64,000 bases of DNA from Candidatus Bathyarchaeota archaeon (GCA_963697165.1 CAVOMX010000006.1:1-64000), one strand, 5' to 3'; numbered from the stretch's first letter, positions 33,957 through 45,510 are shown. Notes: generated by a model from the letters alone, not told the origin. Translations and numbers: made by a program.

Positions 33957-35034
33957 TTATTGAATTACTTTTAAGGTTTGTTCGTAGTAGCGGGGACCAT
34001 AACTTAAGGTAATTTGATGGAACACGTTTGTTCCATTTACAACCTTCTCAATGTTTCCTTCAACCAGCACCTGTTCCCCCTGTTTTGCCTGCATCCTAAA
34101 CTCTTCCATATACGAGAAAATTCGCTGGATATCATCAACTTTTGGTCCATCTAAGACATCCTTTACTTCAATCTGGTAAATCGATGGAATAAACGGTGCA
34201 TCTTTGTCGTCAGTTATCTCGACAATCGCCTTTATCCATCCAACATGGAATATCCTAGTGAATGGGCTGTATTCGTTGCAGATTTCTTTCCAGTTCTTCA
34301 CCGGCTCAAACTCTGCCTTAACAACTCTACCCGCATCCTTTGAATCAAAGTAAGCATAAATCATTTTTCTTCGCTGATGCCAAAGATACTCCTTTAAGCT
34401 GTAATTCACGAACTTCCAATCTTTTGTTGCAACAGCCTTCATGCTGTCAAACTCGTTTCGTAGACAATTATCTTCACGGTAAAGCTCCTCTAGTGCCTCA
34501 GAGAGCCGATTCAGGTTATCTTTGCCATAGACTGTGAGGTCTAAGTCTGAAAAGTTGGGATGATAGAAGCCATGAAGAAGCGAACCAAAAACCCCAAAAT
34601 CGTCTTCTGATAATCCTGACTTGGACGAAACCAACGTAAATAGGTCCTGCAGCGCCTTATGCAAAATGTCATCTGGTTTCTTGGCAAGCAACTCTTGTAA
34701 TCCATCTGTCCGGTTTACGGACTTCCATTATGTCGTTTTCGTTTACGCCCACCAGACATTTCTGTAATGGCCAAAAGAAAATTGTGTACTTCGGGTAGTT
34801 ATTTTGAATAAGTTTCATTCCTTCATCTGCGAAGAACTTGCAGTAACAAAGCTTATTTTTTCCTCTACATGCCCTAGGATTAGATGACTTGAAGATTGTT
34901 GGCGTTGCATATTCTGGGTCACAAACGTATGCACCTTCAGGGTGAATGTAACCGTAAACCCTGAAAATGATGCCGTCCTCTGTGATTATTGAATCTCTGT
35001 CTCTAAGCCTAAACATTTTCATCTTACCTATCAA
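33957..35034 (-). CDS. Predicted nucleotidyltransferase (COG1665-like), frameshift near 34700
   Basis: LRDRD..T.DG..F.V.GY.HP; GVFGSLLHG..SDLDL.VYG. Confidence 0.78.
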
Positions 35035-35037
35035 ATG

Positions 35038-36072
35038 TTAAATGGGTTCAATGTATTCATTTCCATGTATGCCCGTGCCCACCACAACATGATAATACGT
35101 GTCGCCTGTTTCAACGTTTTCCACCAGTTCCAACGCTCCAGAAACCCTTATTCTGTCTCCCTTGCGTGCCACGTTTCGGTAATATCCTATCATAGAGACA
35201 ACGCTTGTTGGAATTTGGTCTTCTGGAAGCTCTGACTCTGAATCAAGCGACTGATAATCTTTGATTGGGTAAATTGCTGGCCTGAACATGTTCTCGTTAT
35301 CATCAATAACTTCGCAACAGAATGCAACATTTTTGATTGGAATATAACGTAGTCGTCCATGCTGGGTACTTATTTCTTCAGGCTTTCGCACCGCGTTATA
35401 GACAAATCGTCTCTCGTTATAGCGTCCCCTGTGCTTTCTTGCGTGGTCAATCTTTTTAGTGAAAACATGCGTGAACACGCCCTCTTCTGCAAGACTATTA
35501 ACTGCACTTTCTAGCCTTTTGAAGTTCTGGGCGCCGTAAACAACTAGGTCAATGTCAGAATGCTCATTATGCATGTTTAAGCCGACAGAACCATGGATGC
35601 CAAAATCTTGGATTGGCACCTTCGACTCGCCTGAAAGAAGCTGAACCAGCTCCACAGCTTCTGTCTGTAACGTATCTTTGTTTTCATTTTCAAAAATCCT
35701 CTGCAGACACGTGTTTGACGCATACACTTTCTTTATGTTGTTTAGTGGTACGCTCAAAACCTCTTTTCCCCTGTAGGGACAGAAATAGAGGTATTCCGGA
35801 AAGTTGTTTCGAAGAGTAACCAAGAATTTTTGGTAGTTCTGGGCTGTGTATAGTTTTTCTGGTCTAGAAAGTTCTATGTTTTCAAGATTCCATTTGTGAC
35901 TTAGAAAACGTACAGGAAATTTGGGTGCAAACCGCGAAGGAATGTATTTCAGGAAAGCTAGAACCCTGTTGTCTGGGTGCTCATATCCGAAAACGTAGAA
36001 TATGAAGCCCTCCTTCATAAGAAGGGTGTCTCCGTCCCTAAGAAGCATCTCAATTATCTCCATGACTTTCAT
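35038..36072 (-). CDS. Predicted nucleotidyltransferase (COG1665-like)
   Basis: [37 protein letters not shown]-like C-terminus. Confidence 0.8.
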   Translation of the reverse strand: MKVMEIIEMLLRDGDTLLMKEGFIFYVFGYEHPDNRVLAFLKYIPSRFAPKFPVRFLSHKWNLENIELSRPEKLYTAQNYQKFLVTLRNNFPEYLYFCPYRGKEVLSVPLNNIKKVYASNTCLQRIFENENKDTLQTEAVELVQLLSGESKVPIQDFGIHGSVGLNMHNEHSDIDLVVYGAQNFKRLESAVNSLAEEGVFTHVFTKKIDHARKHRGRYNERRFVYNAVRKPEEISTQHGRLRYIPIKNVAFCCEVIDDNENMFRPAIYPIKDYQSLDSESELPEDQIPTSVVSMIGYYRNVARKGDRIRVSGALELVENVETGDTYYHVVVGTGIHGNEYIEPI

Positions 36073-36531
36073 CCTCAGCTAAAAGCGTAATATATTGCAT
36101 ATTGTTTCTCTGCATCTTTTCCCGTTTTTTCGCCCTTAAACATTCCTGAATAAATCTGCTGACATTTAAGAGCAAACAAAGCGAAAAGGAGCGCGAACAT
36201 TACCTCACGTCTGGTCAGGTTTGGTAGGCGGAGTGGTCTCCACCGAAAAACATACTGAAAGAGCTTGAAGACTGTTGTCTACAAAAGTTAACTGATCTAA
36301 TAGAACCGCCCAGAACTGTTGGGTGCGCCTCAAGATCGCACAAAGTACCTCTCTGCCATCTCACCACCGCGTTATGCCCGTGCAGAAACATTGATTTTTT
36401 CTTAAAACTCCTTACTGGATTCTTCCCTGAAACAGTCTCAGAAGTGCATTTCAAAGCATAAGTATTTGAGAAACGATTTGCCTCCTATTTTTCGACTTAC
36501 GATTTTAATAAATTCTGGAAGTAGTTTTGGA

Positions 36532-37389
36532 ATGAATGAAATGAACGCTAAAGTCTGTATTGTCACTGGTGGCAACTCGGGAATCGGAAAAGAAACAGCT
36601 TTAGCCTTGGCAAAAATGGGTGCAACGGTTGTTCTAGTCGTACGTGACCAAGAACGCGGCGAAAAGGCTAAAGCGGAAATAGTAAGCCAGAGTGGAAACA
36701 AGTCTGTCAATGTCATGATATGTGACCTTTCGTTAATGAATTCAATAAGGCGTTTCGCAGGGGAATTTAAATTGAAATATGGTCGACTGGACGTGTTGAT
36801 AAACAATGCAGGAGCGGTTTTCAACAAGCGAGAGGTCACATCTGAAGGTTTTGAACGAACCCTTGCCGTAAACTATCTGGGGTCATTTCTTCTAACGCAC
36901 GAGTTGTTGGGTTTGTTGAAAGCCAGCGTTCCTTCTAGAGTAATCAACTTGAGTTCTGGACTTGCTAAGAATGGTAAGATAGACCTTGACGATCTGCAGA
37001 GCGAGAGGAATTATGGCGGAATGAAGGTTTACTCCAAGGCAAAGTTGATGGTGATGATGTTTACTTACCAACTGGCAAGGCGGCTTGAAGGTACTGGCGT
37101 GACGGTGAACGTGCTAATGCCGGGTTTTGTCGCTACAAATTTGGGGAAAAACAGCGGTAGCCTCCGTTCATCGATACTGTTCAAAATGGTTCGTCCAATG
37201 CAAATAAGCCCGAAGAAGGGAGCAGAAACGTCCGTATACCTAGCTTCATCAGATGAGATCAAGATTACAACGGGAATGTGCTTTGCCAAGAAAAAGGAAA
37301 CCACGACCTGCCCGATATCATACGACGAGGAACTCCAGGAACGGTTATGGGATAAAACCGCGAGGATGCTTGGTTTAGCTTCAGAATAA
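36532..37389 (+). CDS. SDR family oxidoreductase (retinol dehydrogenase-like)
   Basis: TGGNSGIG, NNAG, YSKAK, PGFVAT. Confidence 0.92.
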   Translation: MNEMNAKVCIVTGGNSGIGKETALALAKMGATVVLVVRDQERGEKAKAEIVSQSGNKSVNVMICDLSLMNSIRRFAGEFKLKYGRLDVLINNAGAVFNKREVTSEGFERTLAVNYLGSFLLTHELLGLLKASVPSRVINLSSGLAKNGKIDLDDLQSERNYGGMKVYSKAKLMVMMFTYQLARRLEGTGVTVNVLMPGFVATNLGKNSGSLRSSILFKMVRPMQISPKKGAETSVYLASSDEIKITTGMCFAKKKETTTCPISYDEELQERLWDKTARMLGLASE

Positions 37390-37517
37390 CCACGAAAGCT
37401 CTAAGAACAGCAGCAGCCAGATTCATGACTTAGAAAATTCAAACCACCCATAAAACGGGTGCAAATACAAACAAAATATCAAATACTAATAATACCAAAT
37501 AGAACTGAATCTAGCAG

Positions 37518-38555
37518 GTGTCTCGTTTGCCTAAGAAAATGTTATGGCCTGAATTATTGTTCAGCTTTTTCCAATCGATAAGAAAAAATTTTGGCAACAG
37601 TTGCTATCAAGATTCCTCTTTCTTTTCCTGCTTTGGTTCTCAGGTTTAGTGGCATATGCAGTAAATGGATTAACAACCACTTATTTGTTTGCGGTAAACA
37701 TTTATGTTCGTATTTTCGGAATGCTTTTTCTCATATTAATTGGATCATATTATGTGCAATACACTCTAAGGAAAATTATTCAGAATTTTAGACCAATGCT
37801 AAAACTGGATGCTTCACAATATCAGAAGTTTTCTGCAAAACTGGAACGATACACATACAGTTTTCTCCCTTGCTTTATTATCGCTATCATTTTTTCCCTC
37901 TTTAGAGGTGCCTTTTCCAATTCCAAACAGTATTAGCTGAAGGTTTAGAGTTATATGTCATATGGAACTCTTTTTTGACTCTTTTGCATCACTTTTGGTG
38001 GGAACTGTAATCTGGATGTTTGCGTCAATTTGGCTAACAATCTTTCTTATTTCAAGACAACAATTGATTGTGCCGTTATCAAAGGAAACAATAACCCGAT
38101 TCCGTGAGCTAAGCATGTTTGCGTTATTGTTTGGGTTATTCTATTTTATTGGTATTTCAATAGGGAATATTTCCTTTCTTACTAATGTTCAAACATTGAC
38201 TCTATATGACATTGTTATATCTCAACATCTTATTTTTGTCATAATAGGTATAGTGGGAATTCTATTTCCCTTTTTTAATCTTCACAATACTCTACTCAAT
38301 ATGAAAAATGAAGAACTAACAAGGATCTCTAAAGAATCTGAACATCTGCTTCAGACTTTAGATGAAGCATTAGAAAAAAAAGATAACAACCAAACACTTT
38401 CAGTTTCAGCTCGTCTTTTCAGCCTGCAACTCAAAGAAAAACAGGTAAAGGGAGCACAAGAATGTCCTATCGATGTAAGTTTTCTCTCAAAACTGATTGT
38501 TATAGGTCTTATACCCATATTAAGCAGGATTATGGCAATGTTACTTATCTCCTAA
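37518..38555 (+). CDS. Multi-pass membrane protein (frameshifted)
   Basis: Contiguous hydrophobic ORF pieces 37601-37936 and 37962-38555 on the same strand. Confidence 0.6.
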
Positions 38556-38580
38556 GAAATCTAAGACTATATGTGTATGA

Positions 38581-38597
38581 GGGTTAAATTTTAACCC
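38581..38597. repeat. Palindrome family 1
   Basis: GGGTTAAATTTTAACCC. Confidence 0.85.
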
Positions 38598-38727
38598 TTA
38601 ACAAATGTTAAGTAATCTGTTATCCCCAAATTTTTAACGGTGATACTAACCTTGAAGTCTAGCGCGCGCAAATTTTATAACTTTAAGCCATCCAAAAGGG
38701 TTTGAGGAAAAGGTAGGTCTACAAATA

Positions 38728-39210
38728 ATGTGCCCAATAAACCAAAATTTACCATCTGAAATTAGCCAACGCGTTCGTGAAATTATAAATGAGTTAAATA
38801 AATATGGAATATCTGCCGAAAACGTCGAACCAGATGCCCAATTGAAAGATTTTTGGAATGTTATAGTTGGAGGTTTCGACCTTGAAAATATATCACAAGA
38901 ATATAAAAAATCTATTAAAGGTCCCACGTCGAGTGGTTCAGAATCCATAAAAGGAAAAAACCTTCAGGTTAAATATACATTGTTTCAAAACGAGCAAGTT
39001 TTACTATTGAAAGGGTCCGACCTCAGAAATATGGGAATCACACTAATCAACCCTCAGATTATTCATGGACTGATGAGACCTATGCCAGTTTTCGACTTCT
39101 CCAAACCGAAATTGGGCTCTGGTTCATATCTGACAGATGAGCCCCTGTCTGAGCCGCAACATACGTATGGTTTCGGCGATGGGAGCCCCTACGAACGAAA
39201 TTCTGAGTAA
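38728..39210 (+). CDS. Hypothetical protein
   Basis: 160-aa ORF with plausible composition; no recognised motif. Confidence 0.55.
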   Translation: MCPINQNLPSEISQRVREIINELNKYGISAENVEPDAQLKDFWNVIVGGFDLENISQEYKKSIKGPTSSGSESIKGKNLQVKYTLFQNEQVLLLKGSDLRNMGITLINPQIIHGLMRPMPVFDFSKPKLGSGSYLTDEPLSEPQHTYGFGDGSPYERNSE

Positions 39211-39380
39211 CCAAATTAGCAAATCATTTTTAAAAAAATGGACTATAATCCACTGACGACTAAAAAATGATAATTGATTGATAAAGCTACCTAGGGAAGA
39301 ACGAACTTAAATCCTTAAATGAAATGCGCGCACGAGGCATACCTCGTTTATTTTTTACCGAAGTTTGTTGAACAAAGAAA

Positions 39381-39908
39381 TTACATTTTTGATATGATTA
39401 TTTCTAACAATCGCTTCATGATATCAAGGGATAATCCCCTATCACTGGTTGTAACCGCTTGTAGAACATCTTGTCCTTTCCGAACAAAAAATACTGCATT
39501 GCTATCTGACCAGTAAGCTTCATCACCAAAACCTTTGACTGCCTTTAAATTTGGAGTTACTTCTTTAAAATAACTCAAAACACCTTCAGGATTATAGCCA
39601 TCCACGTCTTTTCGAGTAAACCAAACCTGAAAATAAGTGTGGATTTTGGGATTACTACTTGTATAGACACCGCCTTCCCAGTCTTCATCCTCATATTGGC
39701 TATAATCATCAATAGGTAATTTAGTGATTTGGGCAACCTCATCAATGCTGAGGTATTTTCTTAAATCAAGGCCTTCCACGGGTGTTGTTTTTTGCTCTTT
39801 TGGTTTATCTTTTGGAGTTTTCTCAGTCTTTTTCTTTGGTTCCCATTCTTTAGCAATTTTATCCAAATGTTTAGTTGCTTTCTCTAATTCTTTAAAAAAA
39901 TCTACCAT
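39381..39908 (-). CDS. Hypothetical protein
   Basis: 175-aa ORF; VKGFGDEAYW motif; Lys/Pro linker. Confidence 0.65.
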   Translation of the reverse strand: MVDFFKELEKATKHLDKIAKEWEPKKKTEKTPKDKPKEQKTTPVEGLDLRKYLSIDEVAQITKLPIDDYSQYEDEDWEGGVYTSSNPKIHTYFQVWFTRKDVDGYNPEGVLSYFKEVTPNLKAVKGFGDEAYWSDSNAVFFVRKGQDVLQAVTTSDRGLSLDIMKRLLEIIISKM

Positions 39909-39935
39909 AAACCATACTACTAATATGAATTCTTT

Positions 39936-40037
39936 TTAAGTATTTCCAACACCTTTCAGTTCTACAGCCTTTTTTAAATCTATAAAATAGCAGTTAATAC
40001 AGTCAGGTGAAGGACCCGGACAAGTTTTATGACACAT
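39936..40037 (-). CDS. Small Cys-rich peptide (33 aa)
   Basis: MCHKTCPGPSPDCINCYFIDLKKAVELKGVGNT with an upstream GGGTGG RBS-like sequence. Confidence 0.45.
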   Translation of the reverse strand: MCHKTCPGPSPDCINCYFIDLKKAVELKGVGNT

Positions 40038-40073
40038 GGTCTAACCACCCTTTTTAATAATATTAAAAACTTG

Positions 40074-40181
40074 CTACTCCTTTTTTTCTGAATTATCATA
40101 CCATTTCCACATTTTTTCAATAGCTTTTGTGGAATATCCTCTTTCCTTTAGCATTTGATTAAAAGTCTTAGAGGATTTCAT
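40074..40181 (-). CDS. Small hypothetical protein (35 aa)
   Basis: MKSSKTFNQMLKERGYSTKAIEKMWKWYDNSEKKE with a TATA-like element upstream. Confidence 0.45.
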   Translation of the reverse strand: MKSSKTFNQMLKERGYSTKAIEKMWKWYDNSEKKE

Positions 40182-40338
40182 TTTAGTAACGTATATATTT
40201 GTGCCTTAAGAAAATTGCTAATTATAAAACTATATCTGTATTTTTGTATAACGCAAATACCCAATCAACAAAAATTATTCAATCACAGTGAAATAGAAAA
40301 AAATTAATCAAAATATAGAACATTATTATAGAAAAATA

Positions 40339-42297
40339 TTAAGGTGGAGCATAGAGGAGGGCGCAATCAACTTCCCAGCTATCTTGAGTTGTATCATTTA
40401 TTTCTGAAGTTCCCAAAAACCTTAAGGTAACAGTTTCTTCAGTTATTGACCGAGTGACATTATTCCATTGATTAGATGCAAGATCAGTTATGAGACTGTC
40501 CCATGATGCTCCATTCCAAATATAAACATCAAGAATTTCTCCACTTGCAGATCCAGTAAATATTGATATTTCATTGTAGTTGTTACTAACATCGACTTCA
40601 GTGAATTGAATTTCAAGGTCCAATTCATAGTTTGCGTCAGCTAAACCTGAAAGATTAATTACCCCAAACCTGTAAGTTCCTGTGTTTCCTGTTCTATGTG
40701 ACCATTCGGCAACATTTGTTGTGGATGTTAAATATCCTCCTGATGATCCTCTAGCATATGCTGTTCCTGTTCCATCAGTATACACATACCATTCCAGAGC
40801 ACTTTCATCTAAACTTGTAAGTCCTGAAACAGTATGATTGTCAGATGTTGGAATAGATTGTGAATCGGTGTATCTGTTAACATTAATATTGTCATTTTGG
40901 ATTACATGAACAAAAACTTCTGTGCCTCCTAATCCTGCTGTGCTGTCAAAAGTTATAGTTACCCCAGTAGTGCTTCCTGATTGTGGCTCTATAACAAATC
41001 CTGTATCCTCTAAAGCATGATCTCCAGAAACATCTCCAGACATTGATGCTTCTATAAAAGCTGTATCCCAATCTCCAACATCAAAACTGCTTCCTGTTCC
41101 ATCTGAACCATCAACCAAAGCTACATTATTAGCTCCTGTGGATAATGAAGAACCTAAAGCGTGTCCAACATCCCAGTTTGATCCAGTAAATTCTACAACA
41201 ACAACATAAACTTTTACTTCTGTTCCTGTTTCTCCACGTTCAACTATTAGGTTATCGCTTGAATCAATATGTGCATGAGAAATAACTCTGTTTCCATCAT
41301 TTCTACTGTTTATATTTCCGATTACTCCTTGAACGAAGGGAACACATTTATCTTTATCAGATATTCCAGAAACAGCTTGAGAGTTTGTTTTAGATCCAGA
41401 AGCAATAGTAACTGCTCCTCTCCATCTAACAACAAACTCGTTTGGTCCTCCAACTGATCCATTGTATCTCCATACTTCACCTCTAATTCTAACTGTTGCG
41501 GTTTGTCCTGTTGCTCGGTATACTGTTAATTCATCTGTGTCTGTTAATTGAGCTCCAGCAGAAAAAACATTCCAGTTAGTATTTGAGCTAGATCCTGTTG
41601 GTCCAGCTGAAGTTCTTCTTGCAACATTATTTCTAAAGAAGGCATTTTCCAAATCTCCAACATCATTTACAGAAGTTGTTGAACCTCCAGCCCCAAAATC
41701 AAATTGTATGTGTTCAACTTTTATTACTGCTTCAGCTCCTCCATTTGTTTCTGTTAAAGTATCAAATATGCTGTCAGGACCAACTCTTTGATCAGCAAAG
41801 TTCCTGTGAGTTCCCTTGTCTGAAGAACTGTCAATATTCGAAGTTGTGTTTACATAATGAGTTGAAGCAAAGCTTTGAACAACTGAAGAGGACGGTGAAC
41901 TTGAAATGTATGCAACATTTGTGCCAATTGCAGTTGTAATCACAAACTCATATTTTGTGGACTGGCTGAAACTTTGAGTCACTCGTAGAACTGTAGTTGC
42001 TCCTGCATCCAAAGATGAGCTACCTGAGATTATGGTTACATTATTTGCTGAGTTGCCATTTACTTTTACTTCGTTTATTGTAGCAGATTCTGTTCCAAAA
42101 TTGTTGACTTTTAAATCAGCATATGAAACATCTGAGGTCCATTGACAATTAGTTATTTCAAGTTCTTCTACAGACATAAACGAGATTGTCATAGAACCCA
42201 ACCACGTTGTTGCTGCTATAGCCACAGCTACCGTTACTGCAATTAGAATAATGCCTGAAATAACTGGACTCAAGGCTCTCTTATCTCTAAGAATCAT
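40339..42297 (-). CDS. Type IV pilin/archaellin N-terminal domain protein with large C-terminal extension
   Basis: Class III signal peptide DKRA|LSPVISGIILIAVTVAVAIAA; Ser/Thr/Gly-rich beta domains. Confidence 0.85.
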   Translation of the reverse strand: MILRDKRALSPVISGIILIAVTVAVAIAATTWLGSMTISFMSVEELEITNCQWTSDVSYADLKVNNFGTESATINEVKVNGNSANNVTIISGSSSLDAGATTVLRVTQSFSQSTKYEFVITTAIGTNVAYISSSPSSSVVQSFASTHYVNTTSNIDSSSDKGTHRNFADQRVGPDSIFDTLTETNGGAEAVIKVEHIQFDFGAGGSTTSVNDVGDLENAFFRNNVARRTSAGPTGSSSNTNWNVFSAGAQLTDTDELTVYRATGQTATVRIRGEVWRYNGSVGGPNEFVVRWRGAVTIASGSKTNSQAVSGISDKDKCVPFVQGVIGNINSRNDGNRVISHAHIDSSDNLIVERGETGTEVKVYVVVVEFTGSNWDVGHALGSSLSTGANNVALVDGSDGTGSSFDVGDWDTAFIEASMSGDVSGDHALEDTGFVIEPQSGSTTGVTITFDSTAGLGGTEVFVHVIQNDNINVNRYTDSQSIPTSDNHTVSGLTSLDESALEWYVYTDGTGTAYARGSSGGYLTSTTNVAEWSHRTGNTGTYRFGVINLSGLADANYELDLEIQFTEVDVSNNYNEISIFTGSASGEILDVYIWNGASWDSLITDLASNQWNNVTRSITEETVTLRFLGTSEINDTTQDSWEVDCALLYAPP

Positions 42298-42477
42298 CTT
42301 TTTACACGATTATCATTAAGTTCTAGTTTATTTTTGAAATAGATTATGAATTAGAGGAACATATTTGAGAAATGAATTCTAAAATAACGGAGGCTTTCTT
42401 TTTCTCTCTTACTTACTCACCCTCACGTGTGAAACGCGCGCGCAATTATCAATATGCACGCTCAAAAGGGGTAACCC

Positions 42478-45069
42478 TTATTTATTCGTAAAGACCAGTT
42501 TCCCGTTCTTCTCATCGACGACAATTACCGAGTTTTTATTAACTTTTTCTTCAAGAATCATTTTTGACAATTCATTCTCTAGGTTTTTTTGAATCACCCG
42601 CTTGATCGGTCGTGCGCCGAACTGTGGATCAAACCCGATCTTGGCGATATAATCCACGGCTTTTTTCGTGACCGTCAATTTAATATTGCTATTTTCCAGC
42701 ATCTTTTGGACAAGTTTGAGTTGAAGTCCCACTATTTTCCGCACTTCCTCCTGTGTCAGTGGTTGAAACATGATAATCTCGTCGACGCGGTTCAGGAATT
42801 CAGGTCGAATGCTTTGTTTCAGCAGATCGAAGACCTGTTCTCGTGTCTGATTCACGATCTCTTCGCGGTTTTGTTCATTTACTCGCTGGAGGTTGTCCTG
42901 AATTATGTGGGAACCAAGGTTGGATGTCATGATGATGATGGTGTTTTTGAAATCCACGGTCCGTCCCTTGTTATCCGTCAATCGGCCATCGTCCAGCACC
43001 TGAAGCAGGATATTGAAGACATCCGGATGAGCTTTTTCGATCTCATCAAGAAGGACCACAGAATAGGGTTTTCTTCTTATCGCTTCGGTGAGCTGCCCGC
43101 TTTCCTCATACCCAATGTAACCGGGGGGAGCACCGATAAGCCGTGAAACTGTGTGCCGTTCCTGATACTCTGACATGTCAATCCGCACTATGCTGTTTTC
43201 GTTATTAAAGAGGAATTCTGCCAAAGCTTTGGCTAATTCGGTTTTTCCAATCCCTGTGCTGCCTAGGAAGATGAAAGATCCGATCGGTCGTTTGGGATCC
43301 TGCAGACCAGCCCGGCTTCTCCGAATGGCATCAGCGACGGCCTTGATAGCTTCATCCTGGCCGACAACCCGCATATGAATTTCCGTTTCTAGATTAAGCA
43401 ATTTCTGCTTTTCGCTTTGGAGCATTCGGCTCACAGGGATACCTGTCCAGCGAGAAACGACTTCAGCGATCTCTTCCGCATCGACTTCCTCATTCACCAT
43501 GGCGGATTCTTTCTGTAGCTTAGACAGTTTGTTCTTTAGAGTTTCAATGGTCTTCTCTGCTTCTGGAATTCTAGCATACTCAATTTCAGCAACCTTTCCT
43601 AGGTCCCCAATGCGGTTCGCACTCTCCGCCTCAAATTTCAGTTGTTCAATCCTATTCCGTTTAATCTGAATCTTATCCACAAGATCTTTTTCAGACAGCC
43701 ACTTCGCCCGCAGCTGATCCCGTTCCTCACTAAGGTTCGCGATCTCCTCATTCAGCGATTCCAGTTTTGTCTCATCTTTCTCCCGTTTAATGGCTTCCCG
43801 TTCAATCTCTAACTGGCGAATCTTCCGGTCTATAGTCTCCAGTTCTTCAGGAACCGAATTAATTTCGAGTTTAAGTTTCGAGGCTGCCTCATCAATCAAG
43901 TCGATGGCCTTATCCGGGAGGAACCGGTTGGAAATATATCGCTGCGAAAGTTCAACTGCGGCAATGATCGCCTCATCTTTTATCCGCACATGATGATATG
44001 TTTCATACCGCTCCTTCAACCCTCGAAGGATGGAAATCGCGTCCAGCGTATCAGGCTCATTAACCATCACTGGCTGGAACCGCCTTTCCAGCGCTTTGTC
44101 TTTTTCAAAATATTTCTGGTACTCATTGAGCGTCGTGGCGCCGATTGCCCGTAATTCGCCCTTAGCTAGTGCGGGTTTTAGAATGTTCGCGGCATCCATT
44201 GCTCCTTCACTGGCACCGGCTCCGACGAGGGTGTGAATCTCGTCGATGAAGAGTACGATTTCGCCCTCAGCCGAAACCACTTCCTTGATCACGCTTTTCA
44301 ATCGTTCTTCGAATTCACCTTTATATTTTGCACCGGCGATAAGCGCTCCCATGTCGAGTGAATAAATTTGCTTTGATTTCAGATTCTCCGGGACATCGCC
44401 ATCAATTATCCGGTGAGCAAGTCCCTCTACGATGGCGGTTTTGCCAACTCCTGCCTCGCCGATGAGGATTGGATTGTTTTTTGTTCGTCGCGATAGGATC
44501 TGAAGGACTCTTCGGATCTCCTCATCGCGACCGATGACTGGGTCAAGTTTTCCCATTCGAGCCAGATCATTTAGGTTCAACGCATATTTATTCAATGAAT
44601 TGTAGGTCTCTTCGGCAGTTTGTGAATTCACAGTCGATCCTTTCCGCAATTGCTTAATTGCCGTCCTCAAATCCCCTTCGGTGATCCCGCTACTCTCGAG
44701 CAGTCTTGAAGCGATATCATTTAAAGGTATGATTCCTAAAAATAAATGTTCGATAGAAATGAAATCATCCTTGAATTCAGAAGCAAATTCTGATGCCTTC
44801 TGAAGGGCTTGGTTAGCACTAGATGAAAAATATTGTTGTCCACCAACAACCTTAGGAAAGGAATCAATTAGCTTATCAAGCCCCTTTGATAATCTATCGG
44901 GGTTTATATTTAATTTTCTCAATAAATAGGGAACTATATTTTCATCAACCAGCAACATACCTTTCAACAAATGCGTGGGCTCAATTGATTGGTTTTGTTT
45001 AGCCATGGCGATTTCCATGGCTTTTTGGATGGCTTCCTGCGCCTTAATAGTAAAATTATTCAAATTCAT
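42478..45069 (-). CDS. clpB: ATP-dependent chaperone ClpB
   Basis: Clp N-domain; two AAA+ modules (GEAGVGKT, GSTGIGKT); coiled-coil M domain; FGARP. Confidence 0.96.
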   Translation of the reverse strand: MNLNNFTIKAQEAIQKAMEIAMAKQNQSIEPTHLLKGMLLVDENIVPYLLRKLNINPDRLSKGLDKLIDSFPKVVGGQQYFSSSANQALQKASEFASEFKDDFISIEHLFLGIIPLNDIASRLLESSGITEGDLRTAIKQLRKGSTVNSQTAEETYNSLNKYALNLNDLARMGKLDPVIGRDEEIRRVLQILSRRTKNNPILIGEAGVGKTAIVEGLAHRIIDGDVPENLKSKQIYSLDMGALIAGAKYKGEFEERLKSVIKEVVSAEGEIVLFIDEIHTLVGAGASEGAMDAANILKPALAKGELRAIGATTLNEYQKYFEKDKALERRFQPVMVNEPDTLDAISILRGLKERYETYHHVRIKDEAIIAAVELSQRYISNRFLPDKAIDLIDEAASKLKLEINSVPEELETIDRKIRQLEIEREAIKREKDETKLESLNEEIANLSEERDQLRAKWLSEKDLVDKIQIKRNRIEQLKFEAESANRIGDLGKVAEIEYARIPEAEKTIETLKNKLSKLQKESAMVNEEVDAEEIAEVVSRWTGIPVSRMLQSEKQKLLNLETEIHMRVVGQDEAIKAVADAIRRSRAGLQDPKRPIGSFIFLGSTGIGKTELAKALAEFLFNNENSIVRIDMSEYQERHTVSRLIGAPPGYIGYEESGQLTEAIRRKPYSVVLLDEIEKAHPDVFNILLQVLDDGRLTDNKGRTVDFKNTIIIMTSNLGSHIIQDNLQRVNEQNREEIVNQTREQVFDLLKQSIRPEFLNRVDEIIMFQPLTQEEVRKIVGLQLKLVQKMLENSNIKLTVTKKAVDYIAKIGFDPQFGARPIKRVIQKNLENELSKMILEEKVNKNSVIVVDEKNGKLVFTNK

Positions 45070-45184
45070 TTTCTTTTATCCTCATCCGACTATTTTCGAA
45101 TTTCATTAATCGGAATTGAAAAGCTCAAACTGTAACCTCATTCATTTTAATTATAAACTTAATCTAAATATTTTTTTGTGTGTA

Positions 45185-45220
45185 GAGTTAGAATTTAACC
45201 CCAAACCCAAATTTTAATCC
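45185..45220. repeat. Palindrome family 1 with CCCAAA tail
   Basis: GAGTTAGAATTTAACCCCAAACCCAAATTTTAATCC. Confidence 0.7.
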
Positions 45221-45221
45221 A

Positions 45222-45473
45222 TTAATCCTCTCCATATTCGTCTTCTGCTAATTCGACTGACACTGAATCTTCATGGCTAGATTTTTTAAGGCGTTTTGCA
45301 GTTTTGGGTGTCATTTCTCTTCCTCTCATAAAACCGTCTTCTGCAGCAGTGATTTCATCGTCTTGCAGCATTTCTTCTCTTTGTTCATCATTATAGATGT
45401 CTTCTGTTTCAAGTTCATTGGACACTTTAGAATCGTCAGTTAAAACGAACCGTTTCTTCTTTTTTGCTGTCAT
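45222..45473 (-). CDS. Small acidic hypothetical protein
   Basis: EDIY..QREEMLQDDEITAAEDGFMRG; GATGTGA RBS-like sequence. Confidence 0.65.
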   Translation of the reverse strand: MTAKKKKRFVLTDDSKVSNELETEDIYNDEQREEMLQDDEITAAEDGFMRGREMTPKTAKRLKKSSHEDSVSVELAEDEYGED

Positions 45474-45510
45474 TAAATCACATCTTATATAACTGTTGAA
45501 CTTCTATAAA

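Noticed and set aside
36200..36400. GC-richer intergenic stretch with tRNA-like words (GGTGAGATGGCAGAGAGG, CCGCCTACCA on the minus strand)
   Set aside because: I could not fold a cloverleaf or find SRP or RNase P conserved motifs. An Infernal search would settle it.
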